64,000 nucleotides of DNA from Yuukianura sp. NJ FZ-2021 (lineage: Eukaryota). This document shows, one piece after another, positions 1-13,456 of the stretch (positions are counted from its first letter, which is position 1; each line of letters starts with the position of its first letter). The DNA lies in NCBI GenBank assembly GCA_046563655.1, contig CM102290.1, positions 496,001-560,000 on the forward strand, written 5' to 3'. The translations under genes and the position numbers were made by a program. Below the pieces are notes generated by a model, which saw only the letters and a program-made list of their open reading frames with translations, searched no databases and was not told the DNA's origin.

Positions 1-2547
1 AGCTGTTAGCGAATCCTGTGATGGAATAACTGCAGTAGCAGCGGGAACAGCATCCGGTACTCCGACTCCTTCACCCCTAATGTAAAAAAAAACCAAAAAC
101 TGAAATTTTGAAACTTAAAAAGTGAAATTTTGAAACTTAAAAACTGAAATTTTCGAACTTAAATTCTTGTGATTTGTGTTCTTAGCATGGTAGCTTACTT
201 TGCGGGTAGGATTTTGCGTAGTCCGGATTTCCCTTCGACGAATGCGCTTGGTGGCTTATGATAAACGGATGCGAGGCTGGCAATGTGACAAATCAGTTCA
301 TCTAGCAAAGTAGGTTCCAGCAGATCCGTTTCCTCTGAAATCAATGGCTTCTCAGCAAGAACAACTTCCTTGGCAGCACCAGGATCCGTTGACAACAGAC
401 GCCAGTAAATGTAACCACGATCTCGCAGATCAGGGTTGTCCGAATCCTAAAATTAAAAGTAATGTGAAGTTAACAACTCATTGATTAGCTAAAACTTGAT
501 GTTTCGTACTTGTGTAGCCAATGAAAGAACTTGCTGGACCAACTCCTGTGTGTCCGCTGGTCGTTTCAAAAACAACTTCACAATTGCCGTCAGAAGTTGG
601 AGCTGCACTTGGCTATTTTCATCGGCAAACCCTTCCAGAAAACTCTCCAACAGCTCATCAGCATTATCAATTCTCTCAGCATATTCTCCAATAATCCAAA
701 TCATAGAAGCTCTACGAACAATTTCAAAAAATTACAAAAACAGTAACCAGAAATATGAAATTTTGATAAAAATTTGACAAAATTGTGACACTAACCTTGC
801 TTCAGGTTCGTCCAAAGTGTCCAGATTTTCACAAAGTGTAGAAATGATACTTTCGTATTTGTTCGGATACTTCCTGAAGATGTCCTTAATTACGACAATG
901 GCTTCTTGCACGACATAGTTGACCTTGAAATTGAACACAATGACATTAACTTTTTGATCTTGTCGAGGTTAAAATCAACTTACCTTGGTTTGAATTAAAT
1001 CCAGCAATGTAGCAACACATCTCTCAGCTGATTGTTCCACTTTGATAGCACAACGTCCAATGGCCCTTACAGCTTTCCGAACGAAATCGACGTCCACTTC
1101 CGTTGCATATTCTTTGAGTTCAGACAGAACTTGGGCAATATTTGCTTGAGAAGCCAATCGAATCATTATGTCCAACTTCTCAAGTTTGACGTAAATAGGG
1201 TCGTTGTACTTGACAAAGAAAACTTTCATTTCGTGCTTCAAGATGTCCGGTCTTTTCTGGACAATCAGGTTGATGTTTCTGAGGGCAACGTATTGAACCT
1301 GAAAAAAAAACGTTTTATGAACGACATTTTTTCAAACAGGAAGTTATTTTAGTTGTTACCTCAGGTTCAGACGACAGCAGTGTGACCAAAGGTGGAGCCA
1401 GTTTTCGGGTGAGAACACTCACAAATTCAGCGTCTCCGATCATCTCCATGTATTTCATTAAAACTCTAACAGCTGATAGCACTACGGCAGCGTTTGCATG
1501 AGCCAACCGCGGTGTGATTCGTTCACAGATACTGGAAAGACGAGAAATCAAGGAATTGAGATCAGTTTCAAACAAGTTACTAAATAAAAAGTTAAACCAA
1601 TTACCTTTGTGCTTCCCGCTCATCTTTGGGGTTGTAGTTGGACAAAGAGTCCAGAATGAAAACTTGTCCCCACTCGGTACATTCGTTCAAAGCAGTCAAT
1701 AGTTTATTGACTGTTGGTGCATTCATCTCCACAAGTGGTACTCCAGTTGGACTGGACTCATTCACTTCTGAGAGAGCTGCAACTGCATTGGCAACGACCT
1801 GGAAGCCATAAAATATCACTACCAACCTTGTACTTGTCGCTTCGTTAAAATTATTTCGGACTTACCATAGGATTAGAATCACTGAGCAAGTCCTTCAGCT
1901 GATCCAAGAATCCTTGGTCCTCCACTAGCTGAGCATTGATATCATACAGCTTGGCAACACAAACGGCAGCAGTTTTTCTGACATATGGATCTTCGTCCTT
2001 CAAACACTTCCTGAGTGGTTCGCACAAGTATTCCGTTATTTTGTCGACTCTGATGCAACCCATGGTACGAACAGCCAAAGCCCGAATGAGTGGATTAGTA
2101 TCTTCACAGTCCTAAACCAAAAATTACAAAACAATCAGTTAATTAAGAATTCTGGAAGGGTTATATAGTACATATAAAGAGAGTACTGGCTTACTTTGAC
2201 AAAAGTGTTGACTGCCATGATGGCCATGTCCGGTTGACTTTTGGCATAATTCATCAAGTAGAGGTAGACCAGTTTCTTGAGTTCCAAGTTATCCGTTTGC
2301 ATACAATTGACAACATCAGGAAAAAGAGCTGAGACGTCTTTACCAACAGTCATTGAGGCAATCACCTAAGTAGAAAGATACACGTTACGTAAGACACCAA
2401 TACTAAGCTAATTACTAATTGAATGACAGTAAATCTTACCTTCTTGACTGCTTCACGCTTCTTTTCCTTCTTCTCACTATTCAGTTCCGACTTCAGTTCG
2501 AAGATTTCTCCTTTCTTGGTTGTCGTAAAGTATTTTGCGTCCGTCAT
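1..2547 (-). CDS. Bap: AP-1/AP-2 adaptor complex beta subunit (beta-adaptin), multi-exon, 3' end runs off the window
   Basis: Spliced ORFs give [36 protein letters not shown] / [42 protein letters not shown] / [23 protein letters not shown] / [22 protein letters not shown], near-invariant beta-adaptin sequence. ATG at 2547; canonical GT-AG introns. Confidence 0.97.
96..162 (+). repeat. 22-bp tandem repeat, about 3 copies, in a beta-adaptin intron
   Basis: AAAACTGAAATTTTGAAACTTA-like unit repeated three times. Confidence 0.8.
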
Positions 2548-3360
2548 CTTGATATGACGAGTTTTGCCTATGCAATTTATGAAACTTAGCAAATTAGAGG
2601 GTTGTTACACCATGCAATTTCAATTAAATGGACAGTAGTTGATCACCACTTGGTAATACAGATATCGAAGTAAGTATAAACGCCCGGTGACCTTAACATG
2701 AGGTCACTTTGCTTATAAGATGTAAATAAGTTATGCATAGACTTACGAAACGATTACTCCAGACAGATGAAAGGAATATTAGTGGCAGCGGCGAGAGATA
2801 CTGGAGAAGGTGTTACCTGTGACCTGTCAGAGATTGAAAAATAATAACAATACCTGTTCCTCTACTCGATTAGTAATCGAGTGGGAGTTTATTAGATCTA
2901 AAGATGACAGGGGAGTGTCAGCAGAGAGTACCACACATGACGAACGGGGTGCGGAGTTTTTTTTAATGCCATTTTGCACCACTGTGTATTTTGCAAAATA
3001 CATCTGCTTTTGTTTACATTTTTTAACTAATTTTCAATTCCATTGAAAGTTTCGGGAATTCAACTAATTTAACTAAATTTAACAAAACTTTATGTTTAAA
3101 TAAAAAGTGTCAATTACCGGTTCAGCTCGAAACAAGTCACATGCTTTACCCTTGATTGTTGACATTGGAAAGTCCATGGTGACATTCGAATGGAGACGAA
3201 ATATCTAACGTAATTACTTTATCGTCTCTTTGATTTAGCATTTCTTTATTTGATTTTTCAAATTTTTGGATTGACTTCCGGCAATTGTATGATTTACTTG
3301 AATTTTTTAGTTTCTGGAAGAAATAGGATCGTAAGGGCAACGTTTCCTGCACACCCCGGT

Positions 3361-4014
3361 ATGCCTTCATCAGATTCAGAATCGGAGGGGGAGAAAGAGC
3401 GATTACGTTTGGCCGTAGATCCTTCGTTTACTGTTAATCCAATTAATCGAGAAGGTGAGTTTTGATTAAAAAAGTATCAATTACTTCTATTTGTGATTGA
3501 ATGGGTTTGTTTTGTTTTAGAGAAGACTGAAGAACAAAAACCGAAGAGCTCACGCCGTAAAGTACTGGAAACGGAATGGGACTCGGGTCACTACCAAACA
3601 GTTAAACTTACACCGGAAGGTCAAGCATTCCTATCGAAGAGGCTGGCAAATGCTCTTACCGAGTAACAATTCCTATAAACTACTTAAGTTGATGGCCATC
3701 TTTTCAGTATGTTAATTCTTAATTACGTTTGTAGAAACATCAAATTCGTACGTCCTAAGGTCAAGGACAAAATGGACGAGGGAGAGGATCCAGATAGTGG
3801 CATCTATTTATTCTCAGATTCAACTCAGGTTGTAACAGGGAGAGATTTAGCCGAAAATGCTTCTGCTATGAATAATGGTACAAATCAAGGAAAACGCAAG
3901 AAACCGAAACTGAAACGTCGGAGGCTGGAGGACGAAGGTCAGTCTGACAGTGAAGATGAAAAATTAAAATCTGTGGCTGTTTCAGCCGATTGGGTAACTA
4001 CTAACCAGTTTTAA
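3361..4014 (+). CDS. CUSTOS: CUSTOS (C12orf43)-like protein, 3 exons
   Basis: MPSSDSESEGEKERLRLAVD...VKLTPEGQAFLSKRLANALTE...GIYLFSDS...DSEDEKLKSVAVSADWV follows the CUSTOS motif order as I recall it (acidic N-terminus, TPE helix, GxxLF, C-terminal AVS). Introns ~3455-3520 and ~3663-3734. Confidence 0.7.
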
Positions 4015-4386
4015 GTAAAATAAAATAAAAAATCACTTTTATTTAAAAGCAACAAATCACACATTAACTTACCAATAGCAGTTAAAAATTGGAACACATC
4101 AAGGGCGAATTGTCACACGGTGCTTGCAGATTTGTTTGGAAGAGGAGTGATTAAGTTAAGTGACTTTGGTCAACTTCGCACGCGCTGATCAAAGTCGCTC
4201 CTCTCCGATTGTTTCTATTCTACAACTACTTACCTAATTAATGGCCTAGCTTAATTACTTTAGAGTAAGTGACTAGACTGTCTTTGGCAAAGCCGCCTGG
4301 GGTTGTCAGTCTGAGATCAAAGCGAGTAGGAATCTTCGTTAATTAAGCAAAGTCCGGTAAAAAGCGATCAGCGTCACTGGCAGTCA

Positions 4387-5405
4387 TCAAGACAATAGAT
4401 GAGACTTTTGGTCTTCTGACGACGAAGATCTCGAAAGCACATCCGAAATCCGCTTGTCGTTGACCTCTGACTTCTCATTCTGTTCAAACAAGGTTTACAT
4501 TATTAATCAACTTAAGACGTATTTGCTACTAAAAACGTTTAACAGAAACAAAAAACGCTCGCAAAAATACCGATGTTTTGATTATTTTGGCCAGTTGATT
4601 TAATCCCTTCCTCATGCCGGATGCTGCCACTCTCAGTTTGAAATTTTGACTTGTGAGTTCTGCTATTCGTTGTTGCGACGTTTGGAGTTGAGCGTCTTTG
4701 AGTTCAATACAATGTCTCAGCTCCGTTAGCTCAACTTCTAAGTTCCTTAGTTGATTTAGTCGTGAATCACATATTAGGCATTGCTCCACTTCTGTATTAG
4801 TTTGTTTAGTTTGCATTAGTGCTTGACTTGCATTTGGGACAAAATGTTTTGTAGTAGTGTCGATTGGCGAAACCAAGGTTGTCGAAGTGACCTCAGAGTT
4901 TGAGCAAACCAATTTGGTTTCCATGATGCTGTTGTCACTTACCGAAGATATCCGTTCTGTTTCCGAATCGCGGATGCTGATGCTTGATAATGATACATCC
5001 TTGATACTGTTTGACGGAGAGTCAGATCGCGAACTATCTTGATGATTCTCGGGTGACGGTGGACCATTTAGTTGAGAATCTTTTAGTTTTTTTCTACTAC
5101 GGGTAGATTTATCTAAGGCACAAATAAAATTTTGATTAGCGAGATTCCCATAATAACTGTAATTACACCGTACATGAAATCTTTTCGACTTCTCCTGTAC
5201 TACGACGAACAATGACTTCCATCTGATCCGGAGAATACTGGTACAGTTTTGGTGCTCGGTGGAGTAATGACTGCAGGGTGGATACATTTGAAGGCCGGCG
5301 AGATGAGTGGACTTGTGCTAAGTTAAAGGTCGATGGAGAATCGATTTTCGCTGCTCCAGGACTATAAATCTCGTTGTTTGAGCCGCCATTGTGGCCGTTT
5401 TGCAT
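4387..5405 (-). CDS. Hypothetical Ser-rich, coiled-coil protein, 3 exons
   Basis: ATG 5405 (MQNGHNGG...KISCT), short GT-AG intron, exon DKSTRSRKK...LRNLEVELTELRHCIELKDAQLQTSQQRIAELTSQNFKL (heptad pattern), intron, last exon NEKSEVNDKRISDVLSRSSSSEDQKSHLLS* with TGA at 4387-4389. Confidence 0.65.
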
Positions 5406-6123
5406 CTTCGTCGTTTATAGATACGTTCTTGACTATTGCCAACTGATACTCGAGCAGTTGTCCAGTTACGTCTGATTCAAAGGCATTCCAAAAGATTCTC
5501 CAACGGTTCTTACAATATTCCTTGTCATAAAGGTGACAATGCCTAGACAGAATGATCTTCTTACCAAGAAATTCTTGGCAGCCCTGCGAATGTTTCTGGA
5601 ATTGATTAACCACAAAGAACTGAAAAGTATGGAGTTACAAATGATTAATTAACCGCAAGTATGGGCACAAACAAGCGACCGACGACAACGATGATGAACA
5701 TGAATTAGATGAAGAGGAATTTTTACAAATTACAGCTGATCAAAACGTCAATGAGGAATGAGTCAACTAATCCTAAGAATTGTCAGACTTGTCAGAACTA
5801 ATTTTAGCAATAGGTGTGCATTTGTAGTTAAATATGTAAATTAGGAAACCTAATCCAACCAATACCGTTTCGTGATACAAGTTTGAATTTTAACGCTGAT
5901 GTTTCAAATGACCCTATTGGTTAAATTTGAAACCGAATTAACATAGTTAACTCCAAGTTATTTTAGTATCTTCCGGGAACTCAACAGTAAGTGACGTTGA
6001 ATCAATCGTTCGTGGTTTTCCTGATAACATTCCCGTTACATTCCATTCCATTTTGCATTCCAATCTGCTAAATCAAGTTAAGTACCATTTCGTGATCCCT
6101 GGTCGCTTGTCTTCACCGCCAAC

Positions 6124-8665
6124 ATGGATTCCATTCCAAACGAGGTAAGGTTAACTTGGCTCGGCTCCTTAGTTTTAAAAACTATTGAAATCTTCGACCT
6201 TGAAACAAATTAGACTCTACAGGTTGACAGGGAATATGCGGATATTTTGACACTGTCTTTTGGTTTTGCATTCCACTGAATAACGTTATTTTAAACATCC
6301 AAAACGTATTTTTATACAATTAACAATAATCTCCGGTCGAACAAGATTTCGACATACAAAAAAAAGTTACAATTAGGCACGCTCTTGTTGACTTCAAATG
6401 ATTAACAATCTTATTGTGTTTCAGATTGTGCTTCAAATCATCGGTTGTTTGAGGAGGCAAGAAATTCTTAAGTTGCGCCTGGTCAATCAACGCTTCAACC
6501 AACTAGCAACGACATGTGTACTACCAAAGTTGTATCGAGTGAACTTTATGAAAGACTCTGACATTGTCGAGTTTATTTCGGTGTTTAAACAAAACAAAAC
6601 GGTCGTTCCGTTCGAAAAGTTTAGATTTTCGCAACATCTCTCCACTTATGGGGAGCCATTGGAGGAGTTTTGTGGCAAGTTTGGAAGGTTTGTGAAATGC
6701 TGGCGAATTCGGCTGTGGCCTCGTGCTCAAACGCTAAAGCAGAATTCCCTGTTCAACAACATCCAAATCTTATTCGAAAAATGCGAAAATGTAGAAGAAA
6801 TCCATTACGAAATTGGGGAAGAGGAAACTGTGCCAACTGTGGAAGAGGAAATGGCCAATGTTCTTGAAATGCCTGTACTCAGAAAGTTAAAAACAATCAA
6901 GATCGAAGTCGGCGCTTCTATGAACAAAGTCGATTTCATTCGTGTTCTGGTTCTTTTGAAAAAAGCTCCAAATCTTAGGAACGTTTCAATCCGAAGTCGT
7001 GGAAATTTTTACTATCACGAATCAGCATACCATGCTCTTGCGCCAAACATCTTGAAACATCTCTACAGAATCAATGGAACCGTCCACATTCAAAGGTTGG
7101 ATCTACTTGTTCAGTTTCCAGTGGCGAACATCAGTGACCTCGAAAACCTGGTTGCAGTTTCAACAAAATTCAAAATTCCGAACTTGAACCTAGTCTTAAT
7201 GCCACGGGATCCTAGTTGTGGAAGTGTACCTCAAACGCTGGAAATTATTTCAAAATGGATTCCCAAACTGACGTCTTTGCGATCACTATGTGTAGAATGT
7301 CGCCACTTCTGGAGAGACAACGATGGCCACAGGCACTACTTTAACTTTGGTCCAATTGAACCACCACTCCGTTCCCTCGCAAATGTTCAATGTCTGGAGC
7401 TTTATTTCCCATTCAAATCAGTCGCTTTACGTCAAACGGTGGAATTTCCAGCTCTAACATCGCTTGACTGCATATGTCGTGGAACGACGGATAAGTTCAT
7501 GTTTGCTGGATGTGTTTTTCCAAATGTGAAATACGCAAATATCTACTTGAAAACGGACCAAGAGCGTCAACATTGGCCATCCGTACTGCCCAACGTTACT
7601 GACCTGTGCGTTGCTTCTGAAACGCTAGAAGGGATTTTCCAGTTTTCAAAGGTTCAGAAACTGCACATTTTTGTCGATTTTGAAACACATGAACCTAATT
7701 ATGTTCGTGAACTTCAATTTAAACACTGGAACCACCTAACGAACGGAGCTGAATACATTTCGAATGGCGTCATTACCAATTCTCTGCCAGTAATTGAGAA
7801 AACTTCCGAGTCAATTGATTCCTTTCGGAATTTGCCGCGTAAGTCATAAATTTTTTTTAATACAGCTTTTATTGTTTTAATTTTTTGATGATAAATTAAT
7901 CAACCGTTGTAGACGCAGTACGTAAGTAGCGAAAGGAAATCCTGTCGCTCACACCAGATTTACTTCCTCTAGCTCTGGATGGATCATCCAGAGAAAGTTT
8001 GAGTGGATTTTTTATCCATGGACTGGATTTTGGTTCGTCACACCGAAAAAATCCATGGAAATTTTTTCCACTGGATTTTCTCGCAGTGCTGAGAGGTTGG
8101 AGAAACGATCCAAATCAATCATCATCAGTTGAACTTTTGGTCTGGATCGAAATCCAGCCATGGAAATAATATCCAACGCCTTGCTTTCCCTAAAATATTG
8201 TGACAAAATCCATGGATGCAAAATCCATTCAGTGGTACGGTGTGAACCCGCCTTAAGAGTTTTAGCTAGACACAAAATGATCGTTCAAGTTGCTGTGCTG
8301 TGTGCATGTATTGACAAATGTTGTTTGTTTTTACTAGTACTGACACATTTGAAGTTCTTATCGATGGACGACTTGGAGTGCTGGAAGGGCGTTATTTACG
8401 CCAGCCAGACTGGGCAACTACGACGCCTTCGAAAACTCGTCTTCCATCAAGATGATTTTATTGAGGTGAGTGTTTCTTTATTACTTTCAAAACATCATCC
8501 TAATATTCCAAAATTTTAAAAAAGATAATATGTAAATAAAGATAAAATTTCCAGTTTCAGAAGGACGAGTGCCTGGAAGTATTGATGAAGTACCACGATT
8601 CAGTGATTATCATCGACGACTGTAATGATCCAGAGTTCCTCTGGAATGAGTTGTTTCTAGAGTAA
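6124..8665 (+). CDS. F-box protein with probable degenerate LRR-like C-terminus
   Basis: Exon 6124-6144 (MDSIPNE) splices to 6425 (IVLQIIGCLRRQEILKLRLVNQRFNQLA), reconstituting an F-box motif. Long exon to 7838, then 8338-8465 and 8555-8665 (FQKDECLEV...LFLE*), all in frame; several LxxLxL segments. Confidence 0.8.
7946..8254. mobile_element. Degenerate MITE-like insertion in the F-box gene intron
   Basis: Short end IR TCACACC / GGTGTGA(ACCCGCC-TTAA); internal TCCA(C/T)TGGA and TGGAT subrepeats that recur near 8985, 40330-40400 and 40620-40695. Confidence 0.4.
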
Positions 8666-9691
8666 ACAAACGCATCTACCAAAACTTATTTCCTTTTCAT
8701 ACGATCTTCGTAAGTAAAACAATTTCCAAATAATTTAAATAATCAAAAGCTTAATTAGCAGAAATGCGTCAATTTATCTATTTGAGTGTGATATCCATTC
8801 TCTTTTGGATTTAGTTAAGAATAGCCCACGTCATTGTCCAATGTCGAAATGCATTTCATAATAATTCTGGTAACGTAGTGATCAATCCTAAATTTAAATT
8901 TAATACACAAAAGTACACAAAATAAAAATAGCATTTGAAAAACTAAGCTTTGCATTTCCCACCTCTCAGCACACTACCAGTAAATCCAGTGGAAAAAAAT
9001 TCGACGGATGGATTTAATTCAGCGTGCTATTAAGTTTTTGTTATCTTAATGTATCCCTAATACGATGACTTAATCTTGTTCAATTACTTAAGTTAACTAA
9101 ACGCTAAACATTTTAATTGATTCAAAATGGACACCAACAGAGTAAATCCAGAATGGGGTACAGTGAAACACACAAAAATCTACTTTTCCGCGGTCTTTTC
9201 AAAAATTGTTGTCTGGTTTTTTTTTTTTATTACGCGAGAAAAAAAACACTGCCCGCCTTACCACCGCCCGCCCAACCCAAAACGACATGTAAAACGTAGG
9301 TTTGCAGTGTTGTTGTTACGGTCCATCGATTAATCAAGGTTAATTTGAAAGTGAATCTTGTACAGAGTTCACTGGTTATCCCGCAGAAGAGGCAAGAAAT
9401 CAATCAAGTATTAAATCAACGGATACAATTAAAGGAGGTTTTATAATGAATGACTCTTTTTTTTAGTGGAAGACGGAAGACTGGATTTGAGCTTTGAATC
9501 TTCAAGTATCTTCTTCGCCATTCAATTGATGCTCAATGTGCCAACGAATGCTGCTTCCTTTGAAAATTGACCGAACGTGATAGGTGACAGGACAGTCTGT
9601 TTTACAAGAGAAGCAGTAACCATTAGTGGGCCGTTTGGCCTTCGGAAGTCCACTACACTTTTAACCTTTTAGGTTAACAGAAGAAACAGCG

Positions 9692-10541
9692 ATGGATAAG
9701 AAAACGTCCCAGAGGTTAGACATTATTTTTTTTACCGTGATTTGCTTGGTGTTGTTGGTCTTAAGTAATCGTAATAATTACGTTTCAGACAGAAGCGACA
9801 GCCCAAAGGTCTGGAGGGGAATCTATGGGATTGCAGCGTTTGTACTTTTAGTAACACTGCCGAAGCTTTCAAATGCGCCATGTGCGATGTACGCAAAGGT
9901 ACATCTACCAGGTAAACTTCATTCTTATTGCAACCCAGCAGTTTTCTTGTATTTGTAACCAATGTACTTCCTCTTGGGTACGAATTTAGAAAACCAAGAC
10001 TAAATCCACAACTGGTAGCTCAACAAGTAGCACAAGCGCAACATATGACAGCAACCGTTACCGCTCCTCCGAAACAACCTCAGCAGCAGCAGCAGCAACT
10101 ACCTCCGTCGCAGCAACAACAACCGCAACGAAGAGAAGACAGTAACCCCAAGGACCGGAAGCCACCACACAGTACTTTGGCCAACCAGGATGAGAAAGTG
10201 TCCAAGAAGAAGATTCGTAATATGTAAGTATTCGTGATGCTGATAATGCTTTCCACTATGCTAAATTGTTGCTAATTGCTAATTGTTGATTTTTGACTTA
10301 TAGCCGCCCTCGACTGAAGAACGTAGACCGAAGCCAAGTGCACAGTCAGCCAGTGACAGTCAACAATATCACTGTGGTGATTACCGAATATTTACCAAAG
10401 CCTGTTCCCTCAAGTTCTTCTCAAGCTCCTCCACCAGTAGTCACAGCATCTGAAGAACAGCATTCTTCCGGTCCAGTTACTAATCACTCGGAAATACCAA
10501 ATGGACTCCATATACCTCCACCAAAACCTACGCAAAGGTAG
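9692..10541 (+). CDS. RYBP: RING1 and YY1-binding protein (RYBP/YAF2), 4 coding exons
   Basis: RanBP2-type Zn finger [41 protein letters not shown] and the YAF2/RYBP C-terminal motif [10 protein letters not shown]...[13 protein letters not shown]. Confidence 0.95.
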
Positions 10542-10572
10542 TTCTCTTTTCTAAAAGTATAAAATCATGGTA

Positions 10573-10739
10573 GGGTTGGGGCAAGGTGCAACAACCATCA
10601 TTTTAGCCAGAAAGTGGCTACAGTGTGGCTACACCATGCGGCTACTTTTGTTGCCACTTTAGGCTTAGCGGCTACAAATGTTGCCAAACAAGATTGTCGG
10701 AGTGTGGCTACAATGACGTGTTAATCCTTAGCTCGACCC
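10573..10739. mobile_element. GTGGCTAC-subrepeat interspersed element, copy A
   Basis: Multiple GTGGCTAC/GTTGCCAC subrepeats; imperfect end IR GGGTTGGGGCAAGG / CCTTAGCTCGACCC; similar to 12700-12908 and 29114-29348. Confidence 0.6.
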
Positions 10740-11006
10740 ATGTTAGTGGTATATCCTTTTTTGTTACGTTTTTTTTTTCAAATTGTGTTAACTTTTGTAA
10801 ACGTTGAGTATACTGTTTGTGAATTAATGTTAGCAAGGAAGTTAATTAAGAAGTTAATGGTATTCAATTAGTTTAGATTTTTGTCAGATTTGGCAGTCAA
10901 GTTGGATTAGCTTTCATTGGTGTTGGTTAAACGTGTTGTGCTGAGATCCGTTTATTCAATTCATGTTCAACTTTCGTCAAAATCTAACAATGTGAATTCA
11001 GTCGTG

Positions 11007-12592
11007 TTAAGTAAATGTCTTTGAAATTATTTTGGCACTTCCAAGGCACGCGTTGTCCAAGTAGAAAACGGCAAACTACAACAGAAAGAAAAACAGAAAC
11101 TTCATTTGAAACACTGAATTTTTGAATATCAACTTTTTATAAGTTTTTTTTTGTGAAAAAGATCGTACTTGTCCAGGCGTAATTGCTCTAGTAGGTAATC
11201 CTAGTCGAACGGTAAGATTGCCAGTATGAGTCGGCCATAATTTACAAGGAATTGTCCATTCTGTATGCTGGAACTTGAACATACAGAAAAATGGTTTGGA
11301 TTCTGAAGATTCCCTAAGCTCAAGTGGTGGCGATGCGATCCAATGCGGTGGTTCCGTTTCTATTTGGTTAGAAATTAGTGCTGGGTGAGACCATCCTTGG
11401 ACCTATTGAATAAAATAGAACAATTGGAATTTTTTAGTTTTAGAGCAGTTTGGAAATTTTGACGTTAAATAGGTGGTGCTTACGACAAAAATTGTTTGAC
11501 TTTTGGGATCCCGGTCTACGACGTAGTATCGTCGACTAGAATTGGAAATCCTACACTTTTGTCCAATTGTCCAATGATGAACTCCTTTGTGCCATCCTAC
11601 TACTTCCTTTGTGTCCACATTCACAAATGGACCTCTCGTATCTGGAATATACTAATCAATATTAAGTCGTTGCAGTTTCCATTACTTCAAACGTTTTGAA
11701 ATCGTTTAAACGTTGGACATACCTCGTGGATAAAGTCCGTAAACTTCCGTTTTCCTACAAAGCAGATCCCCGTAGAGTCTTTCTTTTTGTAAACTGCTGT
11801 CAGATTGGCTTCTTTTGCAATTTGACGAACTTGAACTTTGAACCATGACCCAAGTGGAAACATTGTTCGACGGAGTGACTCTTGCGGTACTTGGCTGAGA
11901 AACAAAGATTGATCTTTCGTAGGATCCATAGCTCGGAGTAAGTGGACATCTAAGGAAACGAATAGAGAACGTTAGAGTTAAACATCTTTCAATTCAATTT
12001 AATTAATCAATCGGTCTAACCCCGATGTTGGTCATAGTTTTCTAGGTAGGATCCATAGGATGTTTGAGCATAGTGTCCCGTTGCAATGGCGTCTGAACCT
12101 AGGTTGTCCATGGCGTACCGGTAGAATGTACCGAATTTGATGAATCGGTTGCAGTTTACGTCTGGATTTGGAGTCATTCCTTTGGCATAGTCTGACAGGA
12201 GTGAGCTGAAATGCAAATCAAAACTTACATTTAGCTCCAATTTACAGTAATCAATTAACACAAACATTTCAATTACCTAAACACGTCGTTCCAGTATTCT
12301 TTGACAAAGTTTACTTCCAGCAACTCTATCCCTAGTTGGTTGCAAACAGACTTTGCATCGCTTAGATCATTGGCAGCAGTCAGACACGTTGCATTTTCGT
12401 CCCGAGAATCCCAATTTTTCATGTAAACTCCAGTTACTTCAAAACCTGAAGCAGATACAAAGAAATTGATTAATTTTGCTAAAAGTAATCGATTAATTAG
12501 TAAGGATTACCACGACGTTTGAGAAGATACGCAGCAACAGCACTATCCACCCCTCCAGACATTCCACAAACAACACGACTGAATCGTTTCAT
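11007..12592 (-). CDS. TRMU: Mitochondrial tRNA-specific 2-thiouridylase (MnmA/TRMU)
   Basis: PP-loop [85 protein letters not shown] at 12592, TAA at 11007-11009. Confidence 0.96.
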
Positions 12593-12699
12593 CTTCAAAT
12601 TGAAGAAGGACCAAGTAATTGAAGATTTCAATTACTTCCAAATCATCGTTAACTCATGCAATTGATGCATTACAATTCCTATTGCATCTTGGATTAGAG

Positions 12700-12908
12700 C
12701 AAGGCTTAACGAGCATCATTGTAGCCATTCCGGCAACCTTGAGTGGCTACAATAGGTGGCTATACCTCGCCAACTGATATTTCCACTTCATGTTTGGGTA
12801 AAGTGGCTACTTATGTTGCCACTTAGGTGCAGCCACACATTGTAGCAACATACATGGCAACAATAACAAGGTTTGGCTACACCGGCGGCGCTAACCCGTA
12901 CGTTAACC
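12700..12908. mobile_element. GTGGCTAC-subrepeat interspersed element, copy B
   Basis: CAAGGCTTAACG ... CGTTAACC ends with GTGGCTAC/GTAGCCA subrepeats and the shared core CTTATGTTGCCACTT. Confidence 0.6.
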
Positions 12909-13456
12909 ACACCATGTGCTTTTTTGAAATGGTGGCTAATCCTGGGATACCGTCGGATCGATCCGGAAAATTGTTTTTTTTTTATTGAAAATTAAATAAA
13001 ACCTACATCATTGATTAGATAGTCATTAAAACTCTAAATTTTGAAGATAATACCTAATTATAAACTTGAATTAATATAATTTAATACGTATTAATATTTA
13101 ATTTAGCGATATTAAGTTGTAGTAAAACGCAGCGGCGAATGCATATGGTTTCCCTAATGAGTTTTTTTTCGTTTGCAGAAAATATAAATAAACGCCCTTC
13201 CCTTCTCCTCTATTCATTGATTCATTTCAGCGGCGGTAAAGAACTCATCTGTCACTTATCAGTCAGTGTCCATGTCATTGTCAAGTACAAATTAATCAGC
13301 CATGTCTTGATTAATTCATCAAACATTTGTTGACCCAGTACTGAATGACTTCACCAATGTAAGACAGTAGAACATTATTTTCCAATACTATTTATAATGT
13401 ATTAGGAAATAATTTATTGCAATTTATTTTGTCAATTTTTGTAGCTACCGATCAGG

